From Octopus sinensis (taxonomy: Eukaryota), in NCBI RefSeq assembly GCF_006345805.1, contig NC_043021.1, forward strand, positions 25,172,001 to 25,236,000: 64,000 nucleotides of DNA, given 5' to 3'. The notes beneath the pieces were generated by a model. It saw only the letters and a program-made list of their open reading frames with translations. It had not been told where the DNA came from and ran no database searches. Below, piece by piece: positions 48,750-61,800 of this stretch. Numbering within the stretch: position 1 is the first letter of the stretch; each line of letters opens with the position of its first letter. The translations under genes and the position numbers were made by a program.

Positions 48750-48821
48750 CTCCATAGTTGGGGTTGCCGTGTCTTACATAATACTGACTCCTTTTCTCAG
48801 CTCCCGGCAATTTTCGGTCAG
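48750..48821 (-). CDS. NCBP3: NCBP3 exon 8
   Basis: ttgttgcag / gtaaga. (A)DRKLPGAEKRSQYYVRHGNPNYG versus human DDKKELGAARRSQYYMKYGNPNYG. Phase 1 to 1. Confidence 0.95.
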
Positions 48822-49927
48822 CTGCAACAACAGGTACAATATCACATGGTCACCAATAAAAACAAATCATGTTACTAATTTGCATAACGACACAATCCCC
48901 AAAATTAACCAATCATGATCCACGCTAACAAATTTGGAAATCCTAAATCTTATCATTTAGCCTTCAATGCTGCACTACCTCAGAAGCAGCTACACATTCA
49001 ACCCACCACAGCCATTAAATAAGTAGTCTCTCTCTCTCTCTCACTCACTCACTCAGTTATTATCTTCCGTTGTGTCTATTCAAGATCTCTGATTTGAAGT
49101 TTTGCAAATGCTTACACTGCATTCCTACAAGGAAAATACACAAATGCCGGCTACAGTAAGGAATAGCAGGAACATGGCCCCAGTTTTTTTGCAATATTAA
49201 GGGCCCTTGTTCACTAGGGCCAATAGCAAGAGATTACTTGGCAGGGCACTTTCTGGTTGATCCATTCCTTCCACCTGAAAGACGATGGTCAGATCACGAC
49301 TGCTTATGTGACCTCTGTCACCCAATGGAAAATGATTCTTCATTTAACAGCAGACATAGCGTTTCATTTTGACTTTTTCTTTGCTAAACATCTCCCAGTG
49401 GTAGGGTCTGCCTCCTAAACAAAATATTCTTTACTAGCTTTTGCTGACCTTCACATTAATTTCAATGGTTAACATTTCTTGTTATTCCTGCTGTTGTTGT
49501 TTAGCCTTAAATCAGCCCTGATTGAGCGAGACTATAATGAGAGACATTACAGCCATGATCATCACTTCAGAGAACATTGTCTAATATCTTCTGTAAGCTT
49601 TATAAGACAACAAGATGTGATAGGAGGGAGATTTGGCTCTATTTCTAGCAGGCCAAAGGGGCTATAGTGACTCCCTTGTCAGTTCATTCAAAGATAAATT
49701 CCATTCAGATCAAAACACAGTCTTTGTTTCAATTAAGAATTTAGTAAAACAACTGTCCTCATTGAGATGGTGTTTGGAACATTGGAATTCTGAAGGTTTT
49801 AAATTAAAACAGACAGTTTTCTCTCTTAGAATTAGGAGCACTCTCAGGCGGGTTGGTCACAAAAACAGATGAAAAAAAAGAAAAAAGAAACAAATCTATA
49901 AAGACTCTGGTAAAATGAGCCATGTAC

Positions 49928-50096
49928 CTTTTGTGGCATATCTCATAAATATATGTTGGCCGGTTTTACTGGCTGGAATCCCAAGACGCCATTTCCCAGG
50001 TGGCCAAGGAATGTCATCTCCACTGTTCCATGGATCAGGTGCTGCTGACACATTTTCTAGCAAACGTGATGACAACTTCCTTCTGTAGTTTTTCTC
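49928..50096 (-). CDS. NCBP3: NCBP3 exon 7
   Basis: (tctg)n-atctag acceptor / gtacat. EKNYRRKLSSRLLENVSAAPDPWNSGDDIPWPPGKWRLGIPASKTGQHIFMRYATK versus human LFMRFATK. Phase 0 to 1. Confidence 0.88.
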
Positions 50097-51064
50097 CTAG
50101 ATAGACAGACAGACAGACAAGCATTACTTCAAATAAACAGGTTTCTGTTGAGTCAGCAAAAGAAGCAGCTCAAACCACCCAAAAAGACCCTCCACCCAAC
50201 CTAAACAATCAATTTGTGCTTGAAATTCAAGGATTTTTAAATCATCAACTTCCATATACAAAAAGAAGATAGATTTTTTTTTCTTTTCTTACTAGATTTA
50301 AGCTCAGAGCATATAATATATATGACACTTGATCTAACAGTATTGAGTACTCTCTTTTGTTTGAATGCCTTTCACACCAGTGTAATACTACCATCTAATG
50401 TGTGTGTGATAATCCTCATTTCACATGTCCTGTCTCTGCTGGCCTGGATAGGACAATTTGACAGGATTCAGGAGGGTGGTGGACCACGTGTTGTTTTGAT
50501 GTCTCAGGTTTCACATAGTTTCTACAGTTGGATGCCCTTCCTAACCATTTCACAGAATGGACTGGGATCAGTATATTTTCAAAGCACCAGCAAGATGAAA
50601 GAGGCAACCTCTTGAGCCTTGCATTGTCTCTATTCAAAACGATTCACATCTACAGAGTGTCTTGGATGTTGGGTGTTAGTTTGGCAGCTTGCAAAGCACT
50701 CCGAAATGGAAGGAGGAGACTTATAATGAGAGGATGACAATGGAGAGAATAAGAGAGGGAATAATGTTGAGGTGGGAGTAAAGGAGGTAGAATAATGTCA
50801 AAAGGTTAGTGTAAACGAGAGGGGACATCACACCTCCATTTGTAACAGTCATATTCCAACTACAGAATCCTTCCTCAAACTCAATGTTTTAATGCATTCA
50901 TGGCACAACACCAAGCATCCATAACAAAAGTATTTCCATAGTAACACACTCCATTATTTACTTGAAATGGCAAAAAAGACATCAATGATACGGAGGACCA
51001 TTCATCCATCAGCCCACTCTGACACTGTTTTATCTGTAAAATGCTACAAAGACTAAATACTTAC

Positions 51065-51237
51065 CAATTCGACATTGTCTTCAGAGCTGGACAGTTCCCC
51101 TTCACTCTTCGCATCAATCGGTTGAGGTGTTGTCTCTCGTGTTTCCGCATCCTCACTGTCTTTGCTACCACTTTCTCTCCTTTCGGTTTCCGTCTGCCTG
51201 TCGCTGTCGTTTCCGCAAGTACTTTCACTGTGAGACA
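51065..51237 (-). CDS. NCBP3: NCBP3 exon 6 (acidic linker)
   Basis: tttctcttgtgcttag / gtaagt. (V)SHSESTCGNDSDRQ...KSEGELSSSEDNVEL versus human EEGEVEDENSSDVEL. A second AG 10 nt downstream is out of phase. Confidence 0.8.
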
Positions 51238-51836
51238 CTAAGCACAAGAGAAACATGTCAGCTTAATCAGCACATTGTGTAACGGACCTGTCACAGCAAG
51301 GAGTCGGCCTTAAAGACAGGGAAGCTCTAAAACAAGAAAAAATACTGGAGGAGGAGGAGGAGGAAGGTATGGAGTAAAGAATTGGTCAGTTATAGGATTT
51401 ACCAATGCTTACAAGAGCAAAAATGTGGAGAGAGAAATATCACATTCTCTGGTTGCTTTATTTCACTCTCTGTACAAAAGGAAAAGTTACATCACAAATA
51501 TGATAGTTAGCCAGTTCCACTGGCCATCACAGGTGGCCAACTTTGGTGTGAGAATGACCAAGCAGAGAAACAAATGAAACCCTTATGACGAAGAAAAAAC
51601 AGTCTATTGTGGGTTCCAAACCAATTTTCCATGCCTGCATGGGTTGGACAGAACTTGCCGAGGTGACTTTTTGTATGGTCAAATGGCCTTCCTGCTCACA
51701 ATCTTTCTGCTTCCAGGCTGGATTAATATTTCTCCCCAACCTGGCATGTCTCCACGGAAGATTGGAAACAAAGGACAGAGCTTGCCAGATGGTGACCTTC
51801 ACCAATGTAAACTTGAAAATACTTGTCGTTTCTCAC

Positions 51837-52091
51837 CTGAAGAAATAGCCGACATATTGCTGTCCTCGTCCACGTTCATTTTGGTAACGTTGCTTTCTTT
51901 CTCACTGGTTTCACTGGTTTCTTTCTGCTCAAATTGTGGGTCAGACTTCAGCTGATTCTCTTCATCAGCAGTTGGACTTTTGGCAGCAGAATCCTCGTTT
52001 GTGTTGGTCAAAGAACTAACGACATCACGGCTTTGGCTTAATTTGTTCAGGGCTCTCGCAGCTGTCATGGCATCGGACCAAACAACATTGC
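51837..52091 (-). CDS. NCBP3: NCBP3 exon 5
   Basis: attttgtag / gtgaga. (C)NVVWSDAMTAARALNKLSQ... versus human CNVVWLDEMTATRAL. Phase 1 to 1. Confidence 0.92.
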
Positions 52092-52707
52092 CTACAAAAT
52101 GGGGAGAAAACCATGAAAAATATCATTTCTCAATAATCTCACAGAAAGAAATCCTTGAAATTCATAAATCAAAGCCATTCGCACTGGGACTGAACTGTCC
52201 TCCATCTTTTGTTTCAGTCATTAGAATGCAGCCATGCTGGAGCATCACCTTGAAGAACTTTAGTCAAACAAATTGGTCCCAGGACTTAGTCTTTTATAAA
52301 ACCTGGTCATTATTCCATCAGTCTCTTTTGCCAAACTGCTAAGTTACAGGGAGGCAAACACACCAACACTGGTTGTCAAGCAGTGGTGGAGGGGACAGAC
52401 TCAAAGACACACACACACTTTGCCATCCAACCCATGCCAGTATGGACAACGGACATTAAATGATGATACACACACACACACACATGTATGATGGGGCTTC
52501 TTTCAGTTTCCATCTACCAAATCCACTCACAAGGCTTTGGCTGGGCTGAGGCTATAGTAGAAGACACTGGCTCAAGCTGAACCTGCAACCATGTGATTGA
52601 GAAGCAAACTTCTCACCACACAGTCATGCTTGCACCTATATTTTTATTATTATTAGTAGTAGTAGTAGTGGTGGTGGTGGTGGTAGTAGTAGTAGTAGTG
52701 GAAGTAA

Positions 52708-52935
52708 GGTGGTGAGCTGACAAAATCATTAGCATGGTAGGCAAAATGCTTAGAGGCATTTAGTTTGTCTGAACGTTCTGAGTTCAAATTCCACCAAAGT
52801 TGATTTTGCCTTTCATTCTTTCAGGGTTGATAAGTACCAGTTGTGTATTGGGGTTGATCTAATCAACTAGCCCCCCTCCCCCAAAATTTCAGGCCTTGTA
52901 CCTATAATAGAAAGGATTATTATTATTATTATTAT
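52708..52935 (+). mobile_element. tRNA-derived SINE with (ATT)n tail
   Basis: ggtggtgagctgacaaaatc...gagttcaaattcc...ggccttgtacctata. Confidence 0.8.
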
Positions 52936-54115
52936 TAGTGTCATGTGACGATGGGAAAGTTTGGAAGTATACTTCTGCCACCATGGGGTAAATTGCTAAA
53001 AGTTAAATAATAATTAGCCACATTTCTTGTTCTTATCATCATCATCATCATCATTTAACGTCCGTTTTCCATGCTAGCATGGGTTGGACGGTTTTGACTG
53101 AGGGCTGGCAACCAGATGGCTGCACCAGGCTCCAGTTTTGATCTGGCAGGGTTTTTACAGCTAGATGCCCTTCCTAACGCTTCTTATCCATGGCAACAAA
53201 AGAATATTAATATTTTTATGGCAATTGTAATGATATATTCATTTGGAATGGTTTGCTATAAATTCTTAAGTTAGCCAATAACCCTAAAACTTACTCTGCT
53301 AACGATGACTTTATTTGAGAACATTTAAGGAAAACATCTGCAACAATAAATGAACTTTTTTTCAGCTAAAGCCAACCTGCTCCCTCATTTACTGCCCCCT
53401 TCTCCACTTACTTTCTCACTGTGTGTCTTTAAATATGTAATGTTCTTTTAATCATTGCCTGTCTTCAAGCCTAGTATGTGCACTCACCCTGTATTTCTCA
53501 TTTTAATTGCCTGTGTCTTTCCCCAGCTCTCTATACAACGTAAAATGGAGAAAGCAACCAGCCAGCCATAGATGTCAGCTGTTATTCATCTTCCTTGTCA
53601 TCATCAAACATCTGTTTCCCATGATGGTAAGGGGGGGGGAGAAACCATCCAATTCATGGCCAGCGTGGCAAAAAAGGACAGATGATGATGATGATGATGA
53701 TGATGACAGACAAAAGGCCCAGTAGCAGTTTGATGTGTAAAGACATGGAATGAAGAATCTCCTTACTTGGAAATAAAGGTTGGCACCAGCAATGGTAGAA
53801 TACTGCCTCGAGAAGTCTCATCCCTTCAGTTGCAAGCAAACAAGCCAAGTATCTGGTTTGAGGATAACATCCTTCCGTCTTCCTCCATCCCCACCTCAGG
53901 GCCATAAAGTGCTGCCCCACCCACTTCATTAAATGAAAGGAAAATCTTTATAGACCCCCATATTGAGGTAGTGCAGTTAATAAAAATATGTTTATCCTCT
54001 CCATGTCTGACCTCTGGCCCCAACTTTAATACAACTGAGGAGTTGTATTAAAGTTAGGGGTGAGTGACTGTATATTTTTTAAGGGGTTGAGTGACTAGGG
54101 TACTTGTTTACTTAC

Positions 54116-54273
54116 AGGAATTGTCTTCAATCCATTCGACGGTCGAGGGAGCAAACTCTTGAAAATAATGAAAGACATCTTTGGTACTCATGTCTTGCAC
54201 ACCACGGACATGGACCGTCTCGAGACGAATGCCTCGTTCGTCCTTGTGTAGGTCTTCTTCTCGGATGCCAAGG
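54116..54273 (-). CDS. NCBP3: NCBP3 exon 4 (RRM-like domain)
   Basis: tcttgcag / gtaagt. (S)LGIREEDLHKDERGIRLETVHVRGVQDMSTKDVFHYFQEFAPSTVEWIEDNS versus human RLETIYICGVDEMSTQDVFSYFKEYPPAHIEWLDDTS. Phase 2 to 1. Confidence 0.95.
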
Positions 54274-54965
54274 CTGCAAGATTAAAAGAAAAAGAAATTA
54301 ACGGAAGTTTACAGTTAAAGTTTCAACAGAATTTCTTTTTATTTTAATATTTTCTTGTTCATTTTTTGTAATTACAAGAGTTGAGGGTGGTAGATGCAGG
54401 GAAGTGTAGGGGTGAAATATCAAACAGTGCTTAATAAGGTCCCTTTACATGGATAAATTCACCTTTTCCCACCAGCCACAACTGATAAACTAAATTTCAG
54501 AATCAACAAACCAAAAAATGTTCCAAGTATTTCTCATCTCCTGCCAAGATAAGAAACCCTTATCATAAATATCTCCCTTTTCTGCATGTATTCGTTTCAG
54601 GAATGTCTCCCTGTATTTTGATCCTCTATCTTTTCATTTCTAAGGCTCAACAAAGTCTGCCTTTAACTACTTCATCCAAAGCCGTCCCATCCTAAACTAG
54701 CCTCCATCAACTCATTTCTTCTCCTCTCTCTCTCACTCTCAGCCATTTCTTGTCCCATCTCACGGCTGGTCAACACAAGTTTTCTTCCATTCTGCCAACC
54801 ACTTCTCAATTCCCAGCTCAACTTTTCCTCTTAACACTACAACAACAACAACCTTGATATTCAAACTCAGAAAAGGATAAACTAAACACTAAAAAGTCAT
54901 TTGGTGTAACGATCCACTTATTGCTTCAAGCATCAATACATCTAAAGACTCATTCGTCCAATCTA

Positions 54966-55395
54966 TCATCATCATCGTTTAACATCCGCTCTCCATGCTA
55001 GCATGAGTTGGATGGTTCGACCAGGGTCTGGGAAGCCAGAAGGCTGCACCAGGCCCAGTCTGATCTGGCAATGTTTCTACGGCTGGATGCCCTTCCTAAT
55101 TCCAACCACTCCGTGAGTGTAGTGGGTGCTTTTTACGTGTCACTGGCACGGAGGCAAGGCGAGGCTGGCAACGGCCACGGTCGGATGGTGCTTTTTACAT
55201 GCCACCGGCATGGAGGCCAGGCAAGGCTGGCAATGGCCACGGTCGGATGGTGCTTTTTACATGCCACCGGCACGGAGGCCAGTCGGGGTGGCGCTGGAAA
55301 CGGCCACGTTCGGATGGTTCTCTTACGTGCCCCTGGCACTGGTATCACAGCTACAATTTCCATTGATGTTGATTGATTTCGATTCTGATTCTCAA
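54966..55395 (-). mobile_element. RTE-tail SINE containing a 62-bp minisatellite
   Basis: Units start at 55125, 55187 and 55249 (ggtgctttttac...ggccacggtcggat), plus a partial fourth. Confidence 0.88.
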
Positions 55396-55480
55396 TGCAA
55401 AATATAATGATGATGATGATGATGATGCAGCTATTGATAGCAGTGTTGGTACTAACGAGGAAATAAGAAACAATACAAAC

Positions 55481-55569
55481 CTAGTGTAGAGAGCGACCAA
55501 ACTAACATGGTAGTTGTTGCCTTCCAGACCAAAACGACGAGCTCGCTCTTCTCTTTTCTCTTCTTCTTC
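55481..55569 (-). CDS. NCBP3: NCBP3 exon 3
   Basis: tattttcag / gtttgt. EEEEKREERARRFGLEGNNYHVSLVALYT versus human EAIEKKEQRAKRF. Phase 0 to 2. Confidence 0.9.
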
Positions 55570-58473
55570 CTGAAAATAAGGAAATTGAAAACAAACCTTT
55601 TTATAGAAAGTAAAGAAAAAGAAGAAAAGGAGCAATCAACATCCATTAACAATTGATAAAACAAAAGAGAATAATCGTTATCACCTCAGCCTTGCTCTAA
55701 TTATCTCCAATGTCATCATCATGAAAGCCAATAAGTGAACTTCCTCTACAATCACAGAAGCTGCTCGTTAACCATCAAAAGCATCTTCAACTAATTACGT
55801 CAAAGGAGAGATACATCATCATCATTGTTGTTGCTGCCCTTTTCTATGACTGCATGGATCAGATGGATGCCCTTCCTGTCACCAACCTTCACCAGTTTCC
55901 AATCCAAGATTTCCCCTATATTCTTATGGAAGGCTAGTAATGAATGAACGACACAGCTTTGCACAATGCTGGCATTTTACAACCATCATGTGATGTCAAG
56001 ACAAAGAGAGACAGACACAAAGATGTGTACTGCAGGCTTCTTTCAGTTTCCATCCACCAAATCTTCCCAGATGATGGCTGGACTTATAGTAAGATGGAAG
56101 CTGACCATATTAAGCATCTGATTGATGTTTCTAGCTGCGTTCATCTTACCTTTTATGAATTAGGATATTAAGGTATGGCTGTGAGAGTAAGGAGTTGCTT
56201 TCCCAGCATCATGGTTTGGGGTTCAGTCCTGCTGTGTGGTACCTTAGTCAAGTATCCTCTACTATAGCACTAAATGGACTTGGTAGGAAGAAACTTACTG
56301 AATATGATGTGTGTGTGTGTGTGTTTCTTTTGTCTTGAAATTGTTAGTTTGTAAACGAGCACCAGCATCATAATAAATGATGTTCCTTTTCCATCTTGAT
56401 TGGGAAAATGTTCAACCACAGGAAAGAACCATCTTGCTTGGGAACAGGTGAGGCTTGGCAAGAGGAAAGGTGTTCAGCCATTCCATTTGATCCATGCAAG
56501 CGTGGGAAATTGGACATTAAAACAATGAGGTGACAATGAGAGGCTGGACTTGGTGGTTGAGGATGAAGTGCGTTTGTCAGGATCCCAGCACAAAGGAGAC
56601 AATGTGAACGGCCAACCGTTTGGCCAGAGACACCTTACAAATTCCTATTAATATACAACCTTTGTGGCAGTAACTGACAGCTGCATATAGTGTTAAGTGT
56701 AATATATACAGTGCTCAGGTGCACCGTAACTCATTGGAATACAGAGTGGGGGGGACAGCAGCATCAGGTCAAGTAAAGAGAGCGATGAGGGCCAAAGGTA
56801 GAGGCACAGAACACAAGATAAACCCCCAAAACACAGAAAAGTAAAAAGAAGCAGAATGAAGAGAAAGAGCAACACTTGACACCGTTTAACACACAATGCC
56901 TGTTGTGGGATTATAAACATATTTAGTGTTGCTGTGAGGAAAGAATCTTCTGTGGATAACCCAAAGTTTAATCTAACTGATTCAGCTAAATTGCACTTCC
57001 AAGAACGCCCAGAGTATCAAACACAGCAACAGTCCACCACTTGCTGACCGGGTTTTAAACCAAAATAATGTTTGCTGTGCAAAACTAATGACTAAGTGGA
57101 CGTGTCACTGCATTCGGCTTAAGAGATCCTCTCACGGTATACAAAAGCTGACATAGGCTAGGAGCAGAAGTTGGATCTAAGGATTGCCTTTTGATATTAA
57201 TACTATTTCCATAGGTAAGAATTAATTTTTAATAAGCCTGCTGGCTATTAGTAACATCAGTGACTGATATCAGACACTGATATTCTATACATTGTGGGAG
57301 CGATGTTTGGCTGGTCTGCAGCCGCTGGACGCCTGCCACAGAGGAAGTCCACTAGACTGGGATTGGATAATCTGGCAGGCCGGATGCCCATAACATGATT
57401 CTCATCTGCTATGATTTATGCTTATGCAGCATGCAATGTGTTTGAGAAGACCTTTCAAGGCTAATATCACAGTATTTGATGTTCCAATAAGACATTCATA
57501 TTAAGATTGCACTCTCAGTAATTATTTTTAATAAGTGTTTACGCACAGAATAGGGATGACAGCCTTCATTTCAAGTCTGGTTGGAGTTGACTTGAGACAA
57601 TGGTCAGTCAATTTATCCATTTTGTTTTACAATACTTCTATTGAAATATACTGCCTTTTCAATTAATTTTTGAAATAATGAACAAGTTAGTAAAGTAATT
57701 CCGTCATTCGTAATTTGGTATTTAGAGCATAAATTAGCAAGAAATTTTGATGGAAAGTTTTAATTAAGATCACTTTAACATGGGGACTTTGTGCTTTTGT
57801 TTTTAGGAATTAAGATGGTATTTTTAGATTTTTGACAAAGTCATGAAGAAAGATGACTGTTAGGAATAAGAAGGAACACTTGGCCCTTTGAGTGTGTCAG
57901 TGGGTTCATTGAAATGTGTGCTGACTGAAGACAGATACCAGTCACAAGATGGGGGAGAAGATTATGCTTCGATTGACTACCAAGCCATGGTTTTGGTGGC
58001 AAACAATGGTTCTGCACACAACCATGTTTGGTCAGACGGAATGAGTCAAAGACACCAGGTTATCCTTGAACTGTAATGCAACAGAGAAAATTCTTTTCTA
58101 CTCTAGGCACAAGGCCTGAAATTTTTTGAGGGGGGGGGTGGGGGGTGCAGTCAATTAGATTGACCCCAGTATGCAACTGGTACTTACCTAAGCATTTCAC
58201 CCAGTGTGCTAACATTTCTGCCAGCTTGCTGCGTCAGAGCAAATTCTTTTAAGGCAACGAAGGCCCAGAAGAGGCTGTCAGAATAGGCCATAGTTTGTTT
58301 GACCAAGAAAAAAGAAGAACCTACCAGCAAGCCATAATGTGTTGTCATGACATCAGAACTGGACTTATTTTATAGGACTCAGAGGTCACTTTCATTTCAG
58401 TGACAAACTTCTAGATGCCTTCTCTGGCTGTAAAGGCCACATCCCTCTTGTTCTAGATTTAATATAAACATAC

Positions 58474-58533
58474 CTTTTTTGTGATGTCGATGCCTGTTAC
58501 AAAATTCCCATCTTTATTTTCATACTTCTTTCT
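58474..58533 (-). CDS. NCBP3: NCBP3 exon 2
   Basis: ttttgtag / gtatgt. RKKYENKDGNFVTGIDITKK versus human RRYENKAGSFITGIDVTSK (recalled). Phase 0 to 0. Confidence 0.93.
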
Positions 58534-59139
58534 CTACAAAATAAATGTTGAAGACAATAAATATTAGCACAATTAAACATTACATAATTAGAGAATAATA
58601 TTCTACAGCTCAATGTTAAAATCCAGTCTGGTCAATACATAACCAATGCAATAAGAGTGGTCTGGTCGATATGAAAAACTAACCAATTCAAAATAAAAAA
58701 ATTAAAAAATCCATCATTCCAGCAGAAACATCAAAATGGTTGACTAAAATACTTTTAAAAGGATTCAGCTTTGTTTCACCTTCATCGTAAGATCAAATTT
58801 CACTGCAACCCACTTCAATGTTCAACCATACAGGGTTGATTACATCAATCCCACGTATGAGATTAGGATTAATGTAACCAGCTAGAGACAGACCTGCTCT
58901 AAAATGTGTGGAATGGTCCCATTGTAAGAACTGAGTTGCTAGAAATGGTAGCAGCCATATAACCTCAGCCAATCTTTAATCCCTCAATTACAATCCCCCC
59001 CCCCCAGTATATTCTTTTGAGAAAAGTTTCTTATAAATCTGATTTGAAGCCCACAAAATATTTAATTGGTTTGAAGACTTGCAAGATGGAACTGCCAGTA
59101 ACCAGGATAAACTGATGTTTCCAATTCTTATTGAGAGCT

Positions 59140-59760
59140 CAAGAGATGAAGGAAAAGGGAAAGCTAAGGTGGGAGGATGTTGCCTCTGTATGTTAGATGG
59201 AGGTTGGGGGTAGAGCAGGTTCTTGTTGGAGAGGAGTTACACGGCTACTCACATTTAGGAGAGAGAGAGAGAGAATGAATTAGAGGTACCTCTAGAGATA
59301 GACAGGTGATGAGGTGTCCAGGTGGCACCGCAGGTAGCAGGAGTAATAGTGGGTGGGATGAGTGGGGGCTTGCAAGAGTGAATGGGGGAAGAGTTAGGGG
59401 AAGTAGGCGAGGGAGGTAGGCAACATCTGTAAAGATTAGGGAAGGGTTGAGGGGAAAGGGATGTGAAGGTTGGGAAGGCCACAGAGATATGAGCAGTAAG
59501 GATACGCAGGGAGAAGAGAGAGGACACGTTTGAGTAGGGTGCAGAAGCAGAATAGGGAGATAAAACAGGTGCAGTGTGGAAGGAGAGATAATCAGGGGGT
59601 CTGGGGAAGGGGATGGCCACTGTAACATGTGGGTGTGGAGAGCAATATTAATGGATGAAGAATGGCTAACAAGGGAGAGGGTTCTGGACAGCAAAACTGA
59701 AAAATGGTATCAGGATAGGGGTGGGCTGACATAATGGGGTGGAGGGATTGAGAGAGAAAG
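59140..59760. repeat. Purine/G-rich dispersed repeat segment
   Basis: Strong G/A skew with many GGG runs. Partly alignable by eye to 170-500. Confidence 0.55.
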
Positions 59761-59819
59761 ATAGACAAATATACATGCACACACACACTCAGCTTTATCA
59801 TGATCGGTATTCACTCACT

Positions 59820-60190
59820 CAGAGATGTCAAACTCACTCCAGTTGTTGGGTCATATTACTACCAAGGCTCTATCCAGGTGAAAGCACATTCCAACAACTA
59901 ACCCTTCTCTTCAGGGTCACTAGATACTTCAGTCACAACAATTATTGATCACCCACAATGGAGTATTGCCCTCACATCTGGGGCATTCTGCTGCTGCTGT
60001 GCACACACCGACACAGTAGAAGAAGACCACATCCAGTTAAGAGTCACCAGACAGATTATTATGTCACCGACAGACAGAATCCAGCCTCTGACAAATGGAC
60101 ATGCAAAAGGCAATGTTAACTGCTTTTGATACGGCCTCTATGAAGGGGGTGCCCGAGGACTCCACCCTCACCTACGACCCTCTCAGGAAT
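59820..60190 (+). mobile_element. CR1/L2-like LINE fragment
   Basis: RVTRYFS and PTMEYCPHIWG (compare RPxLEYCSxIW). Confidence 0.55.
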
Positions 60191-60499
60191 GGTGAGCAGA
60201 GATGGAAGGAACGTCATTAGATTTTCGAAAGAAACATGGATACTTCAGAAATGGATATTTAAAAATGGCTCATTTATTATTATTCTTTTTAGTTTTAAAA
60301 TGTTATTATTTAAAAGTATATATTATTTAAAAGTATATATATGGTATTTTTTTTTATCTAATACATTAATAACTTCACCAGAATTTTGTGTTGGCAACGA
60401 AAACAATTTTCATGAAACTCTTACAAAGATCAAATTATATTAATATTTATTTATATATTTTATAATTGAAAAAAGTTTCAGCAATAAATATGTTTGAGA

Positions 60500-61800
60500 G
60501 CTTATTTGTTTGGGAGACCGAAGGACGCTCGCGTTTCCGTTTCATCGTTTTAAAGCCGACGGTCAATCGGGGTCGAGTAATGTTACACCGACAAATGTAT
60601 TCCAGACATAACCATTCCTTAAGAAGGCGTAGAATGGAATTTGTGTGGGACTTAACTGCTACTTTCAGCAGGTTTGGCAACCACTTAGATGCTCCCTTCG
60701 TTTGCATTTTGTCGAGTTTACGGGACTGGAATTAACATGAAATATTATTTCTAGGGGGAAATATGTAAGCATGAAGCGGTACACCATTAACTTGAAGGGT
60801 AAACTGCAAGGGAGCTGACAACGAAAGAGCATTAAAGGGTGTCTGCTGGTTGGGGAAACGGGTGGAAGGTACCCGTCGGGAAGGAACCAAGGAATTCATC
60901 AAGAAGCGGGGGAGGGTCGCAGATCTCGGAGTTCGCTTTCCATCGTTCAGAGTATAAGTAAATATGCCTGGATAGAATTATCATGTTATTAGTATTATCA
61001 CCAATGATCCGACGACATAGTCTTCAGTAAGATGGAAATAACACTGAACAGACAGAGTCGAATATAGTTTCATTGTTTTTTGAGAATGAATCCCAAACCG
61101 TGAAACCTTTGTTGTTATTAAATAAAGAGGGAATCCATCCAACTCGGATCGAAGACCAAAGTTTCATAGATTTGTGTCTATAAATGTAATTTTGAATGAA
61201 TTTATTGTGCTTACATTTATTTTCCCAAGGTCTGTCAAAAATCTACTTCCTCTTCTGTAAATTATCTCAACACCGAATATGAAAGTAGAAGAATCGAGCG
61301 TGTGTGGCACGACTGGAAACCGTTTCAAAGGACAACGACGAAGAATGTTGTTGTTTTGACATTAAGCAAAGTTTGAAGTGGGAAAATGGAATTGTGTTGG
61401 AGCGGAGACGGACGCCAGCGACGGTTCCATCGTCGGGGAACCTTTATTCCGAGTGACAAAAGAATCGACGCCAAAAACAATGTTGACAAATTCCAACAAA
61501 TATTTTTTTTTCCTTTTTTTCTGCTTTAAAACATGAAAAACTCACCTCGAATTTCTTTGCTTCGTTATTTTCACTGAGGCGGACACTGAACTCGACCCTG
61601 TGCGAATAAGGTTCGTCGATGAACGAGTAGTCATCCTTGTCGGTGAATATAATCTCTTCGTTGTCGCTGCCTTCGTCGTTGTCGATGCAAATCTTCAGAT
61701 TTGGCAATTTCTGTTTACCACTCTCCGCCATAGTTGGAGCACGGAACGAGCGACGGTTCCGGTTCGGCGAAATTCCCGATTCTCCATTGGACAAAATTCC
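60500..61800. promoter_or_regulatory. CpG-rich region over the NCBP3 5' end and start of intron 1
   Basis: CG dinucleotides are visibly frequent here and scarce in the bodies of both genes (not counted formally). Coincides with the NCBP3 start codon. Confidence 0.55.
61546..61731 (-). CDS. NCBP3: Nuclear cap-binding protein subunit 3, exon 1
   Basis: ATG in actATGg context. MAESGKQKLPNLKICIDNDEGSDNEEIIFTDKDDYSFIDEPYSHRVEFSVRLSENNEAKKFE, donor gtgagt, phase 0. Confidence 0.8.

Noticed and set aside
55125-55340. Regularly spaced repeats resembling a CRISPR array
   Set aside because: The units are fully homologous with no unique spacers, lie inside a SINE in a eukaryotic intron, and there are no cas genes.
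57256-57281. 26-bp near-perfect palindrome (atcagtgactgat/atcagacactgat)
   Set aside because: Isolated and loopless, with no associated motif; compatible with a local inverted duplication.
58830-58900. Minus-strand LIRGIDVINP, resembling NCBP3 FITGIDVTSK
   Set aside because: It has no in-phase acceptor and derives from a SINE end (gattgatgtaatcaac). The real exon 2 is at 58474-58533.
60770-60955. MKRYTINLKGKLQG, faintly like ribosomal protein L31
   Set aside because: The similarity is too short, needs a frameshift and fades immediately.
61732-61794. 21-codon N-terminal extension of NCBP3 in the ORF track
   Set aside because: It starts at TTG. The ATG at 61731 has good Kozak context and gives a length close to the human protein.
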